Below are positions 47,848 to 64,000 of a stretch of 64,000 nucleotides of DNA, piece after piece (position 1 is the stretch's first letter; the number at the start of each line of letters is the position of its first letter). Under the pieces are notes generated by a model. That model saw only the letters and a list, made by a program, of their open reading frames with translations. It had not been told where the DNA came from and ran no database searches. A program made the position numbers and the translations under genes. The stretch lies in assembly GCF_009914755.1 (NCBI RefSeq), contig NC_060928.1. One strand, given 5' to 3'. The DNA is from the human T2T-CHM13v2.0 reference genome, Homo sapiens.

Positions 47848-48282
47848 GGAGTGCTGGCTTTTTTTTTTTTTATGGGCTGTTTTTATCATCCCCTTGTTGG
47901 GATATCCTAACCCTCTTGGCGATGTTAAGCCCACAGTGCTGCCTAGAAATATAACTCAGCCCTTTAGCCTGGGCCAGGCTCATCCTGCTCCCAGGTTCTC
48001 AGCTCCCCAGGGATGGCACTGCCTACTGTGCTCTGTGTCCCACTCAGCAGCTGAACACAGCGCCAGGTGTGGGTCAGGCATGAGTCAAGTCACTGTCCAG
48101 ATGACTGCTCCAGATGGCCAGCCCACAGTTAGAGCCGGAGTCTGCAGTTGCCTGGCCAGCCACCTTTCCAACAGCCTCACCTGCTTCCATACTGGGGGTC
48201 GAGGGGGTTATGTCCCTTGAGCATCCTGACTTCAGTGAGTCTAGGAGGTGGGTGATAGGGTAAGGGTGATACACGTGATCCC

Positions 48283-48289
<7 letters not shown>

Positions 48290-48324
<35 letters not shown>
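48290..48324. repeat. (CA)n microsatellite
   Basis: About 17 CA units. Confidence 0.95.
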
Positions 48325-48326
<2 letters not shown>

Positions 48327-48348
48327 TATTACTGAACAATCTTTTTAT

Positions 48349-48668
<320 letters not shown>

Positions 48669-48671
48669 TAA

Positions 48672-49106
<435 letters not shown>

Positions 49107-49977
49107 GAGGATGGTAGCATTATTAACTCACCTGTTTGTTTTATAGTTTGGGCCTTGGAGACGATAGGTGCTCACTTAAGAGTGTGTGTCACTGAATGGA
49201 ATATGCAGGGTGCCAGGCCCTGCAGCAGGTGCTGGGTGCTTTCCTGGCTTTCTTTTTATCATATTTAATCCTGAGAGGTAGAAATGAGGCTCAGAAGCAG
49301 TGCCTGCCAAGAGATAAAGTCAAGGGCAGACACAGCTCTGCCTGCTTCTCTGAAGCCCTTGGTCTCTGCTGGGCCTTCCCCCGGGCTGGTGTGAAGGCTG
49401 TGGTCCTCCTGCAGGCTCACAGCCGGCTGCTGCTGTTTCCAGCAGGGCCCCCGCCTCTGGGAAGCACAGTGTGGGCAGGGGTTCGTGCAGAGCTGCTGAG
49501 TGAGTGGGAACAAGGGGGGATCACAGGCTCAGCGCTCCATGCAGCCCCTTCTCTGGAACCCTCTCAGGATCCATTTTTGAGGCATAGTAGGCATGACGAT
49601 TGTACTTAGACTGTGGAATAAACATTTTTATGTCTCTTCCAAAGGCCTTGTTTTTTGGTACCAGCAGCGCATCACTGAATACTTGCATTTCTTCTTTGGC
49701 CTTTTGCTTGCTGTCACTTCCTACCTAATGCAACAGGAGTGGCCCGATCTTGCCAAGTTGTGTTGCTAGGAGTGCAGAAAAATTCTGTACTTTTTTGGGG
49801 TGTGATGAAGTCTTACTGATTTGAAGGATGAGGTGGGAGTGGTACAAAGCATTTCATTTTCTAATGGTAGAAATGCCTAGTTTTGCAGTGGCTTTTAAAT
49901 TTTTTATGAACTTTTTTCCATCAGCAACACGTTTGCATGGCTCAGAAATCAAAAATTACAAGACAGTATATGGGTGA

Positions 49978-50313
<336 letters not shown>

Positions 50314-53300
50314 TACCCCGTGCCTTTTGCTACCCAATATCCTGCTCCAGAAGCAATGAATATAAGCAGTTTTTGTGTTCTTCCAGAGAGTCTGTGGCTG
50401 TACAGGCAAATGCAGATGCAGGTGTTACATGGCATGCCTTGTATGATTATGTACCTTGCTTTTTTCCCTTCAAAAAAATGCCTGTTGGCCTCCTGAAAGC
50501 TGCCTGTGAGTGTATCAGGAACTCTTGGGTTGTTTCCAGACTTTATCTGACATTAAAAAATAATAATATGTTTTATGTCAGCCAGCATCTTTCAGCATGA
50601 TGAGCTGCACCTTTGGCGTGTCCAGTGGCTCCTGTATGGGACCGCACAGGCCCCAACCTGTTGTCAGAAGGTGAGGGGTGTTGGAGCCTCCAGGCGGTTT
50701 GCTGTTTTCAGCCCCCGCTGCGTCTCTTCAGATGTTGCCCTTCCAGCCTAATCGGGTGCACTGCACAGGCCTGTGAAAGACCCTGGTAACAGTGCGGAGG
50801 AGGCCGAGAGAGGCCAGAATCGGTGTCCAACGCGTACCTGACTACTCTTGTTGGGAATGGGGCTTCTGAAGGTCCTTTTGTCCCAGTTAAATGTGTGAGC
50901 CGTGGACCTCGCTCCTAATTATCAGGACACCGTGTCCTGGGGTCTGGCACTCGACACTGGACCTGGGAGCTCTGCCTTCACAGAAAAATGGACACGCCAT
51001 TATTCTTAACATTACTTTGTTGGTGTCCCCTGTCTTTTCCCCATTACTTTGCAAGTCATTGGAGAAACGCCCCAGGGAAGCACTGGGCCCTTTTCCCTGT
51101 GCAAAAGTGCTTCTGCCTCTCTCTGGCTTACAGGGTAGGCTCTTCACATGGCCGGGTGTGGCCTGATCGCTGACGGCCCCCAGCGTGTTTCCCAGGCTCT
51201 GCCATATGGCTTTAAAATGACACTGAGCAGCCTTTGTGGACAAATCCTGATGGGGCCAGCACCTTTCAGGGCACCCTTTGATGGGCACTCCCCATTCTTG
51301 TCAACTGTGACCCCCCAAATCTCTCTGTGCCATGGGGGAGCTGAGCTGGCCCTGCTGAGGAGTTGAGTAGGGAAGAATTTCTCTGCAGTGCCCAGTCCAC
51401 GAGGAGCTGAGCCTGGTGGTGGGGCTGTGTGTGCATGGCCAGGCTGAACCCCCTCATTTAATCCTGAGTCTCCTCTCGGGGGCACTTAATGGGCAGAGGG
51501 AGCAGCCTGTGTGGTAGGCCTGAGGTAGGTGATTGGAGCCACGACGCCATTGCCACAAAAACAGGTGCAAGTCCTTGGCAGGATTTGTGGCAGGGCTGGC
51601 GTGGTCCACTTGTGCTTACAGAAGATGGCCCTGGTAGAGAGCGTTGCTGGGGTCTGGGGCTTGGTGTGGAGCTGTACCTGCGGGGTGCCTGAAGGAGGGG
51701 CAAGGCAGGCACACCTGGGGCGCGACTGGCATCTGTCTGCAGGGTGTATGCAGCCGAAAAAAGGCAGGAGGACAAGGAGGCTGGACAGTGGGGAGTCCTG
51801 GTGTTAACCTGGAAGACCAGAGGGTTTAGAGCACATACGACTCCTGTTTCTGTTGTTCAGTGTCTGAATGAATGCGGCCGAGGGCTGTTGAGAAAGCGTC
51901 TCGCTCTGGCCTCCTGACTGCAGAGGTGTGTCTGAGCCAAGGCTGATCGATGGGGCTTTTGACACGAGACATCAGCCTTTTAGAAAGAAGAAATGGTTCT
52001 CCTCTCATCTTTGCGGACGTTGTCAGGTCTCCTCTCCCACCTGCTGCAGAAGGAGGGATCTGAGTGGGCACCTGGACGAAGGGGCTAGGTAGGAGGTGAG
52101 ATATGCCAGCACCTAGGCGCTGTGCAGGTATGGATGGTGGCGGGAGAGGCACCACAGCTATGCGCTGGCATGTGTGCATATCGGGGTAGTGGGGCAGGAC
52201 TCATGAGCTAGAGTCCTGGGCTCTCAGGGAACCCCGCTGCGACGGTGCGGGTGGCACTGACCATGTGTGGGTTGGAGGCAGGGCACCTACAGATATCGAT
52301 TGTTTACTTGCCGTGCCCTTGATGGTGGGGTTGCGGCAGCTGCAGGTGAGTCTCACCAGGGTTAATGAGTGCTCTGTGTCTGCACAGCAGCTGAGACAGC
52401 TTGGAGGCCAACAGCTGCTTGTCCTTAATGCTGCTAGTAGAGTGAGTGCTTTTTCTCCATAGGACAAAGGAGTTTCTTCTTCCCACTGAAGGGCCCTTTG
52501 TTGGGGATGCAAAACAAAAGGAGTCCAGCATTCTCTGGGGCAGGGTTGGTAAATGGCCCTCACCCCCTACTGGCCACCCCCCAGCTCTCAGCCTGCTCCA
52601 GGGAGGTTGTGGTGGTCTGCCACTCCTTGCCTGCTCTCTCCCAGCCCCCCACTGCCCATTACCCCTTCTTTTCAGAGGGACTCCTTCCTGCTGAGAGGTT
52701 ACCTCTGTTGAGTTCTCAGTCTCGGGCCTTGATTCGTCTGGGTTGCACTCCCGTTACCTGACCCCTGTGCCTTGCATGTCAGTCCTGCCTCCTCATCGCC
52801 CTATACTTGCCTCCCCTGCACACACACACACACGGTGGCTGCTCCATTTGCCAGCAGACGTGTGTAGAACCTACTGCATGCTGGGTAGATCCTGGGGATG
52901 CAGAGGTGACTCTACCCTGCCCTCTGGGAGACCCCACCGAAGGTGAAGGCATGTGGAGAGGAGAGGGTATGGATCCATCACATAGGTACAGAATGGAGGG
53001 AATGCCCTGTGCCCTGGAAACAGAAGCAGGGGAGCCCAGGCCCGGCAGCTGGTCCGGGAGGGCTCTGCAGAATGCCCCGAGGGCAAGTGCGAGGACTTCC
53101 CATGTCGGGGGTGGGACAGGTGCATTTGAAATAGTGAAAAGAGGAAGCTTGGAGCCAGCAGCCCCTCTGTTCTGTCTCCTGTGAGTGTCAGAGATGGTGG
53201 CTATGGCCATTGTGTGCTCAGCATCTGAAGGTCAAAGGGTGGGCTGACTCACCGGGCCACACAGCCCATGAAGCAGCAGCTGAGGGACTGCTGGACTCCG

Positions 53301-53726
53301 GAGCAGCAGCACCAGTGTGGTCTCCCTGTCGGGCAGACAGCACAGATGTTGAAGGGACAGAGCAGATGGGCTCTGCAGTGCCCAGGCTCGCTCCTGCCCA
53401 GCTGTGTTCTCTCACTGCACGTGACCTGAGAGTGATGTTTGGTCATGTGACAAGTAGGTGCAGCTCCTTGGCTCCCCCTTGGCCTCCCGGGCCCGGCCAC
53501 AGCTACGCCAGGACTCCCGATGGCTTGCCCCACCAGAAAGGAGGATGTCCTTTCAGCCCAGACCCCAGGCTACAGCACCTTTTCACTTGTAGTGACTTGT
53601 TTTGGGGTCGCACTTCAGCCTCTAACCCACAAAAAAATATATCAACATGCTTTTTATGAGCTTTTCAAAAGTCATGGCCTATCATATGAGCCTAAGCTCT
53701 TATGTTAAAAATAATCATGCAACTTT

Positions 53727-54017
53727 GATTTTGTTTGAGACTGAGTCTCACTGTGTCACCCAGGCTTGGAGTGCAGTGGTGTGATCTCGGCTCACTGCAA
53801 CCTCCGTCTCCCAGGTTCAAGCGATTCTTTGTGCCTCAGCCTCCTGAGTAGCTGGGATTACAGGCGTGCGCCACCACGCCTGGCTAATTTTTGTATTTTT
53901 AGTAGAGACAGGTTTCGCCATGTTGCCCATGTGGTCTCGAACTCCTGGGCTCAGGCAATCCACCCACCTCGGCCTCCCAAAGTACTGGGATTACAGGTGT
54001 GAGCCACCGTGCCCAGC
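53727..54017 (-). mobile_element. Alu (J/S)
   Basis: Antisense Alu, TSD caactttgattt. Confidence 0.92.
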
Positions 54018-54714
54018 CACAACTTTGATTTTTGACATTAATTTTTATCTGCACTACCTTTGTACAGACTAATATAGTGTTAGCCGAGACCTGAAAAACC
54101 AAGGTTTCTGTTCCTCTTAGTCGTCCTCCTGCCAGCCCGTTTCAGTGAATAACACTCCAGCTTGTGCTCAACCTTCCAGACCACGAATCTGGGAGCCACT
54201 CACCCAGACTTCTCCTTTCTGCACATCCCCACACTCCGCGGCTTCTGTGCAATTCTCCCGTCCATTCCTTACACCCTCTGCAGCTCCTGTCCCTCCAGAG
54301 TAGAGAGGCCTGTCCCGGATCCTGGTGCCTTCCCCTTCCTGACTGCAGTTTCCCAGAGACAGACAACGCCTCTTCAGCAAAATGTATACCCTTAGTGAAC
54401 CCAAGTTCTGGATGCCAGGTTCTTAGTGTCTTCTACTGCCTGAAGTTTTAACCTGGTTTAATTGCCTAAGTCCTTCACTGATGGCGAAATCTTAGACGTT
54501 AAACGGATTGAATCTCAGACAATTCAAAGTTCATTTTCTTTTTCTTTCTTTTTTTGAAACAAGGTCTTGCTCTGTCGCCCAGGCTGGAGTGCAGTGGCAC
54601 GATCATAGTGAAAGTCCATTTCTTATAAATAGAAATTACCTTGGGCTATGAAACTATTTCCGAAATGATTATAACCACAACAGAAAAGGAAGGAAACAGT
54701 GAAACTATTTGTTT

Positions 54715-56210
<1,496 letters not shown>

Positions 56211-56711
56211 GAAGCCATTTGTTTTTAATGAATGCATTGATACAGTGCATTCCAAAATTTTATTTTGTGTTAATACTACTAGTTGGGATTTATTTGTGTT
56301 ATTTGGAACTTTTGTTTACATGTTCTTTGGAGAGAAGACCTTGTGATCATCTCATGAGTAACTTTCTTTTTATGATATGTGAGTACTCATTATAAATAGG
56401 TAATACAGATTTACCTTGTACATAATTTAAGCTAGGGGTTACGTACTAAAGCAGCTGTTACTCTTTAACACTAATTGTGTACTTGAAATTTTAATTTGTA
56501 TAACAACCTTGTAGAACATGGGGCAGTGTGCCCTTGTTAAATGTAGGAAACTGAGGCTCAGAGGTTAATATACTGGTCCAGTGTCATGTGGCTAATGAAT
56601 GGTTGAGCCAGAGTTTCAATTCAGTTTAGTCTGACTTCAAAGCTTACTTTTTCTGATACCCTTTGTTATGACATAACACATTTTCTTACTCTAAATTATA
56701 GAATTAGTTGA

Positions 56712-57027
<316 letters not shown>

Positions 57028-57223
57028 CAACAAAAAGTTTATTTCTGGCTTAAGGTCTTTCTCCTGCCGCGTAATTCTGTGTCTGTATGAAAATCAAGTC
57101 TGAAGAATTAAAGTACGTGGTTCTCAGAGGAAAGTTGACTTGTTTTTATTAGAGTGGTTCTGCTGTTCTGGTGTTTCTTGAATTACCCAGAAATGCCCTA
57201 ACCTTGTTATTTTCTTCCTATAG

Positions 57224-57344
57224 GAACTTGCTTGCTAGAAAACAAAGTGCAAGGCTTGACAAACACAATGACTTGGGATGGAAGTTATTTGGGAAAGCGC
57301 CACTCCGAGAGAATGCCCAGAAGGATTCAAAGAGAATACAGAAG
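57224..57344 (+). CDS. TBC1D14: TBC1D14 next coding exon (R-NLLARKQSARLDKHNDLGWKLFGKAPLRENAQKDSKRIQK; aa 241-281)
   Basis: Branch point ccCTAAC at ~57196-57202, pyrimidine tract, tag| at 57223, donor AAG|gtacac. Phase 2 joins exon 2 (AG+G=Arg); 722+121=843 nt=281 codons. Confidence 0.95.
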
Positions 57345-57558
57345 GTACACAAGATACAAAATCACAGAAATAGGCTGTTGGATGTGTTTAGCATATATTC
57401 ATGAACCTTGCAAAAATGACCATATTGAGTCTGAAACTGGAAATCGCTTTGTATTATCTGCATACCACGTTCCTCAGATTTAAGTCTGTATTCACAATGT
57501 GGATGAATTTAACCTTCATTTCTTACAGCTTGTAACATGCACATAGGAAAGTCCATTT

Positions 57559-57632
57559 GACAGAGGTCGGCTTTAGATGTTTATAATGGTATTTAGACAG
57601 AGCTGGGCTCTAGATGTTTATAACTGTATTTA
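57559..57632. repeat. 37-bp diverged tandem duplication
   Basis: gacagaggtcggctttagatgtttataatggtattta followed by gacagagctgggctctagatgtttataactgtattta. Confidence 0.85.
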
Positions 57633-58578
57633 ATCAGTTTTAGTAATAGTTGCAAATGTGTTTATCATCAAATTTGTATTGTTTGATAGTAAAGCTTTCT
57701 CCCGTGGGTTTCTTGGAGCTCACATCCTTCCTGTGCTACTCTGGGACAGGAAGGCGAGGGCCGACATTCCCCGGCTCTGCTGGGATGCCTCTCCCTTGCT
57801 CACCCCGAGGCTGCCTACTTTTGGGGTGGGGATGGGGTTCATGCCAGGCCTGCATGTCCTCACCACTGGGCTGCCTTGCTCCTTACGGTGGGAGAGATGC
57901 CACTGCTGGAGGCTTGCTTGTGCACGGACACAGCAAGTCCACGGCCCAGGTAGCTGTGACCGTCGCTGCCTGCAGCTTCTCTTAGGCTGTGGGTCTCAGC
58001 CGGCTCGGCATCCTAAGAGTCTGCTGTCTGCCCCAAGTGTCGCGACATTGCCCCCAGCACCCTCGCTCCTCCAGCCTCAGTTTTATATTCATTGACATTT
58101 GCTCAGTAGACGCTCTTGAGGCTCCACTAAGCGCCAGGCCTCATGCTTGGCACCGGAGTTGGAAGGGACACAGTACCCGTGCCCAACAGTGTCCCCATGG
58201 AAATGATTCCAGGGCAGGCGCAGGAGGAGTGGGGTGGCACAGACAACTGAGGTTAAAGGTGTGACAGGAAATTAATTGCTATGGGGATCATGTACTGAGT
58301 GATTACTGTGTGCTAGTTCTAACGGACTCAGCACTCGTGTTTCTAGTTCCTTTAAAACTCGCAACAACCTTGTGAAGAAGATAGTATTATTAAACTCAGT
58401 TTACCAAAGAAGCACTGAGACACAGAGGCTGTGTGACTTGATGTGCAGGGTCACATTGCTAGTAAGTAGCACAGCTGGAAACCGGTCCCAGACAGTGGGA
58501 TGCCAGGACCCCTTTTGCAGGCAGGGCCAGGCAGGTAGTGGGGACAGCATGAGCTAAGGACAATGTGCAGCTGAGCCC

Positions 58579-58641
58579 AGGAGGCTGACCGCCGGGAGGA
58601 GGCTGACTGCTGGGAGGAGGCTGACTGCCGGGAGGAGGCTG
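58579..58641. repeat. 18-bp tandem repeat x3.5
   Basis: aggaggctgacYgcYggg at 58579, 58597, 58615 and partial at 58633. Confidence 0.92.
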
Positions 58642-59250
58642 GCCATGGGGCCTGTGCGCTGCACCCGGTAGCCTGCCTCCAACCCCAAGGCTTTGCAGAG
58701 CCTCTGAGTGTTTTACTTAGGTAAGGAGTGATGGCATCACCCTGGCAAGAATATGGCTCTTGGACCAGCCCAGGCAAGAGAAAGTGGGGTCTGGCCCAGT
58801 GCTGCGTCGTGGGGTTACAGAGGATGCCCCTTTAAGTGCTAAATGGATGGGATTGACTTGCTGGGTGACCTGTTAGGTGTAGGGAGTGGTTTGTTGGGGG
58901 TGAGGCGGGAGCGCAGTGTTGAGGCTTCTGGGCAACAAAGTGGGTTTCCACATGCCACATTCTTCACGCGTCGGCAGGTTAAATTTGGTTTGAGTGTTGT
59001 CTGCCATTCTCTGCTGTAATCATCTGGACCCAGGGGACTCACTAAGTAAATCAGTGTTGGAATTCATTTTTGTTGATTGTTACATTTTGAATTTGAATCA
59101 CTTATTGTGTAGGCTTATTAAAATAGCATACAATTAAAGTATGATGAGTTTGTATGCAAAGCTTAGCTATAAATTTCTTAGGAAATTAAATAACCAAGCT
59201 GCTATAAAGTTTTTAAAGAAATCACTTTAAAAAAGCAACAATTACATTAA

Positions 59251-59702
<452 letters not shown>

Positions 59703-60149
59703 TGACTAGGCCAGTTCATTATGCGGTAACACAATATTGCCAAGAGGAGGACCATCTGCTTCCGTCGTCAATAATAAAGAATGTAACTTACCTGCGCGAG
59801 TCATTCAATCCTGCCCGGGACCTGCTTGCTTGTCTCTGGCCCTCTCATCGCTCATCTCCCAACCCAAGGGACTTGGTGAAGCCTGGGAGGGGCTCAGGGT
59901 CAGGGACTCAGCACTGTGGGGAGGCCTCTGCGCTGCTGGCTGGGGCTGGCTGCTGTCATAGGCATGGGCTCACACAGCCTGCACTTGAGAGAGGCAGGCG
60001 CTGGGGCCATGACAGCCTAGACTTGTGATCAGGATGGTGACAATAACTCCAGTCAGGGCCGAAGCCTAGAGAAAGTGTTGAGGAAATTCCTTTTCCTTCT
60101 CTGGAAGTTTTCTTATTACTTGAGAGAGCAACATCACGTGGTGACATAA

Positions 60150-60375
60150 GAACTTGGACTTTGGAGTTAGACTACCAGGGTTTGTATCCCAGCTCTGCTA
60201 CGGTTTGGTTGTGTGACTTTGGGCAAGTTATTTAACCTTTCTGAGCCTCATTTTCCTCATCTCTACAGTATGGAGAACAGTAGCACCTGCCTCCATGGTG
60301 GTGAGGATTAAACGGGTGAATACACACACGCACTCAGAATAGTAGTGGACATAGAAAGTATTTGCTGTTACCGTT
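60150..60375 (+). mobile_element. MIR
   Basis: ggactttggagttagac...tgtgtgactttgggcaagttatttaacctttctgagcctcattttcctcatct core. Similar MIR fragments at ~2750-2860, 3430-3600, 5440-5620, 8470-8600, 36580-36690, 56510-56640 and 58290-58500. Confidence 0.85.
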
Positions 60376-60551
60376 GTTTCTTTCTTATGACAAGTCAACC
60401 TTGAACAACAGGAAATGGAACAACGGAACACAGTGCAAGAGAATGAGCCTGAGCTCTTCAGTGCGTTCTTCATCTGCTTGGCCAACAAGTACTGAGCCAT
60501 GTTGAGGCCAGGTCTTGTGCTGCGCACTGGGAGCCCAAGAGCAGTTGGGTT

Positions 60552-61059
60552 GACCTACCTCAAGGAGCCTGTGGCTGAGCTGGGGTCAGGTGTTCACACT
60601 GGCCAGGAGCTTTGGACCTGCCTCAAGGAGCCCGTGGCTGAGCTGGGGTCAGGTGTGCACACTGGCCAGGAGCTTTGGACCTGCCTCAAGGAGCCCGTGG
60701 CTGAGCTGGGGTCAGGTGTGCACACTGGCCAGGAGCTTTGGACCTGCCTCAAGGAGCCCGTGGTTGAGCTGGGGTCAGGTGTGCACACTGGCCAGGAGCT
60801 TTGGACCTGCCTCAAGGAGCCCGTGGTTGAGCTGGGGTCAGGTGTGCACACTGGCCAGGAGCTTTGGACCTGCCTCAAGGAGCCTGTGGTTGAACTGGGG
60901 TCAGGTGTTCACACTGGCCAGGAGCTTTGGACCTGCCTCAAGGAGCCTGTGGCTGAGCTGGGGGTCAGGTGTTCACACTGGCCAGGAGCTTTGGACCTGC
61001 TTCAAGGAGCCTGTGGTTGAGCTGGGGTCAGGTGTGCACACTGGCCAGGAGCTTTGGAC
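60552..61059. repeat. 63-bp minisatellite (VNTR), ~8 copies
   Basis: Unit cctcaaggagcccgtggctgagctggggtcaggtgtgcacactggccaggagctttggacctg repeated nearly perfectly; one copy has an extra G at ~60961. Confidence 0.97.
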
Positions 61060-61561
61060 TTGCAGGCTTGGGTTTGGTTTCTGGCTTCACCACTTTTTGT
61101 CTCTGTTGAGCCAATGACTACTTCTCAGTTTCCTCATCTGCTAAACAGGCATTATGACATCTACTTGCTTAATTGTTCTACACTAAGGGATAATGCGCAT
61201 GTGGTGTATTTTTGCCCAGGGTTGAACACAGTGAGTCGCCCGGCGTTACTAGTCAAGGAATGGATGTCTTGACTTTTAATCAATAGGTCCGATTTGTGGT
61301 GTTGATCCCATATGTGGTTTGCCCAGGACATTTGCCCAGTACATCGGATTTTATTCTAACTGGGCTGCATTCTTTTGGCTTGGGCCTTATATATTACTAT
61401 TTTGGGGAAATATTGAAATGTTAACTTTTAGTTATCTTTTCAAATTGCATAAACATTTTGAAAATTAAGTCATATTTTTTGTTGACCTCGATGGTAGTTT
61501 GAGAGCGATTTTCTTAACAGGGGAAACAAAAATGACCACGGGTAGGAGAATAACAGTACAA

Positions 61562-61748
61562 CAGTGGCTGTCCAGTTGCGGTCCCCGGAGTAGTCACATC
61601 AGCATCACCCGGGCATTTGCTAGAAATGCACGTTCTCGGGCCTTACTCCAGACACATCAAACCAAGTTCTGGGGCTGGGGCCCAACAAGTTTTGTTTTAA
61701 CAGAAGCTACAGGTCATTCTAATGCATGCCAAAATTTAAGAACTATCG
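61562..61748. mobile_element. MER5A
   Basis: cagtggc...catcagcatcacccgggcatttgctagaaatgca...ttttaaca...ggtcattctaatgca. Confidence 0.8.
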
Positions 61749-62495
61749 GTATGCAGGAAGAGAATGTTAGCTATTGGAAGGAAAATAGCCATCTTTGCCA
61801 CAGCAGGTTAAATAAAGGGCCCAAAGCCCACCGGCCAGGCAAATTTCAGTAACTGCTGGTGAACCGGAGAAGTTATTGTGGATAAAGATGGGAGCATGTA
61901 TTTGGAGAGAGCTGCCTTCAGGCCTCTGGTTGCTGGCTTTGTATGAGCTGGACTCTGGCCAGGGCAGCATGGATGGTGACACTGCCTCGGAAGTGCAGTC
62001 CTTTGCCTTGTGAGTAAAGGGGAACCTTCTTTCTTGGATTCCATGGCCCTTTTGTTTGTTTCACAGATTTGAGCCTCTGAGTAGATCCATCCTGAGATTA
62101 CAGTGAAGGGCAAAGACTTCTGTGGCCCTTGCCTTCGTTGGAATTTACCATGGGTCAAGGAAAAGACAGATTTAAACAAATAACTCTACATATAATTATA
62201 GTTGTGATCAATGTTGTGAAGAATTGCGGTGATAAGCAATTCTTATCTCTGAGGTCACCTGTTTCAAGTGACTGTCAGCCGCCGGCCACCAAATGCAAGC
62301 GTCTGTTCTCAGCCCTCGTCTTCCTTGGCCATCAGCAGCATTACCCCGGCTCCTTGAGTGACTTTCTTGCCTCGGCTTCCAGGCTGCCCGTTCGCCCACC
62401 TTTTCGGTTTCCTTTGCTAGGTCCCTCATCTTCCCCATCCTCTAAATGTTAGAGTGCCTGGAAGGCCCTTCCCTGTCCACTGTCACCCTCTAGGG

Positions 62496-62682
62496 CAAGC
62501 TTGTCCAACCCGCCTTAGTTTTTTGTTGTTCTGCTTTGTTGAGGCTTTTAGCAGTCTGAAGCTATGGTTTTTGTTTTCTGTATCTAGAAGCGGAAAAGAG
62601 GGATGAGGAAGGGGCTTTACTGGCCCAATCAGAAACAGAAACTAAGAACCCATGACTGTATTCTCTCTCTTGGACACCCCTG
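62496..62682 (-). mobile_element. MER30B-like hAT MITE
   Basis: Ends caagcttgtccaa and ttggacacccctg; internal cagaaacagaaactaagaacccatgactgtattctctc. Confidence 0.8.
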
Positions 62683-63719
62683 GGGCATCTCAGCTGGACT
62701 CGAAGCTTCAGCGGTCAGGCTGCCACCCTGTCTCCAGTTGGGACCTACCTCCTGCCCAAAAATGACCATTTAAAAAGTAAAAGTGATGCTTTGTAATTTG
62801 AGCAGGTGTCAGAGGCTCAGGGCTGAAAATACGTGGGGATGCTTTACAACAGACTCGGTAACTCTTTCCGACATAACACTGTGTACATAGGCTGTAGGGA
62901 TTGACGTCGTTGTTGGAAATGAGGTTGAGCGGAAAGTTAATGTCCTGGTTGGACTCTGAGGGTGCTGCTGATTGTTGGAAAGATAGCCGCAGGGAGGATA
63001 GGCTTGTAGGTTTCAGTGTCCTGGATGAAACCCTGTCATGTGAGCACCGATGAGTACATGGCCTGTTGTGTTAGCATTTGTATAGCCTGGAATGTCTTGG
63101 GCGGCCTTCTGGAATTTCAAGTCAGCTCTTAGATTTTAAAGCAAGAATCCCAGAAGAAGGCAGATCCAGGACAGTGACATTTTCTCTCCTCACCTCTGAG
63201 GAGTCTGGGGTACTCCAAAAGTCTCAAAACATTGTAGATTGCAGCAAGGATAGGTCTTGGTGGTCAGTGGAAGTAATTGGCTGCTGGCCTACAGGCAAAT
63301 TCTAAAATAACAAGAAAAAACTTCACTTTCATTATCCCTTACGCCTTTGCAAAATGGGTTTGAAAGAGCTTACAGAAGTGAACAGGTCCCGGTCCCAGGT
63401 TAGACGGAATAAGCACATTCCACCCGGTGTCACCCAATGAATGCAGATATAAAACCTGAACAGAAAGCATGGAGCAGCTATTTGAGATTCTGGAAAGTAA
63501 ACAGTGGCAGGTGAGTTGGGGAAGAAGACCAGAATTTGAAGTACCACTGGATTGGTACTGAGTTTACCAATTTTTTTTTCCCTTCCAATATTTCTCAGCC
63601 TGAACTCAGGCAGACCCAAACCCAGGAATAGGTCTTAATGTGGACAGAGAGCACCAGGAGAAGCTCTGTACTTCTGACTTGGCGAATGGGTCTCTAACAC
63701 TTAGAATGAAGAAACCCCA

Positions 63720-64000
63720 TTTTTTAGTTTTATTTATTTATTTATATTTATATTTTATTTTGAGACAGAGTCTCACTCTGTCACCCAGGCTGAAGTGCAG
63801 TGGCGCAATCTTGGCTTACTGCAACCTCCACCTCCTGGGTTCAAGTGATTCTCCTGCCTCAGCCTCCTGAGTAGCTGGGACTACAGGCGTGCACCACCAC
63901 CCCCGGCTCATTTTTATATTTTTAGTAGAAATGGGGTTTCATCATGTTGGCCAGGCTGGTCTCGAACTCCTGACCTCAGGTGATCCACCTGCCTTGGCCT
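63720..64000 (-). mobile_element. AluS (runs off the window end)
   Basis: Antisense Alu consensus. Confidence 0.92.

Noticed and set aside
57171-57404. Whole 77-aa ORF as a gene
   Set aside because: Only 57224-57344 is bounded by splice sites and matches TBC1D14.
60499-61117. Repeat-protein ORFs or a CRISPR-like array
   Set aside because: Pure tandem 63-mer with no unique spacers and no cas genes, in a primate intron. The ORFs arise because the unit length is a multiple of 3 and lacks stops in some frames.

Overview
Primate (very likely human) genomic DNA covering the 5' part of TBC1D14, a Rab-GAP-family autophagy and recycling-endosome regulator, on the + strand. The window opens in the promoter CpG island, probably just inside intron 1. 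It contains the 739-nt first coding exon (13313-14051, ATG at 13330), a ~43 kb intron and the next 121-nt exon (57224-57344). A GC-box promoter with a short in-phase alternative first coding exon (MMAISPALLFTD-R, 44208-44245) lies inside the long intron. The rest is intronic: more than 40 Alus (including young AluYa5-like and AluYe5-like copies with perfect target-site duplications), L1, L2, MIR, MLT1 and MER fragments, and a 63-bp VNTR. I see no prokaryote-type system and no new protein-coding gene. The best leads are (1) an AUG-containing exon 2 circle whose ORF crosses the back-splice junction, (2) the internal promoter isoform with a uORF, (3) an antisense-Alu poison-exon candidate with a perfect donor inside an inverted Alu pair, and (4) an apparent small inversion that rearranged tandem Alus. 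Gene identity and repeat subfamily names come from memory of the sequences, not from a database search, and repeat boundaries are approximate.
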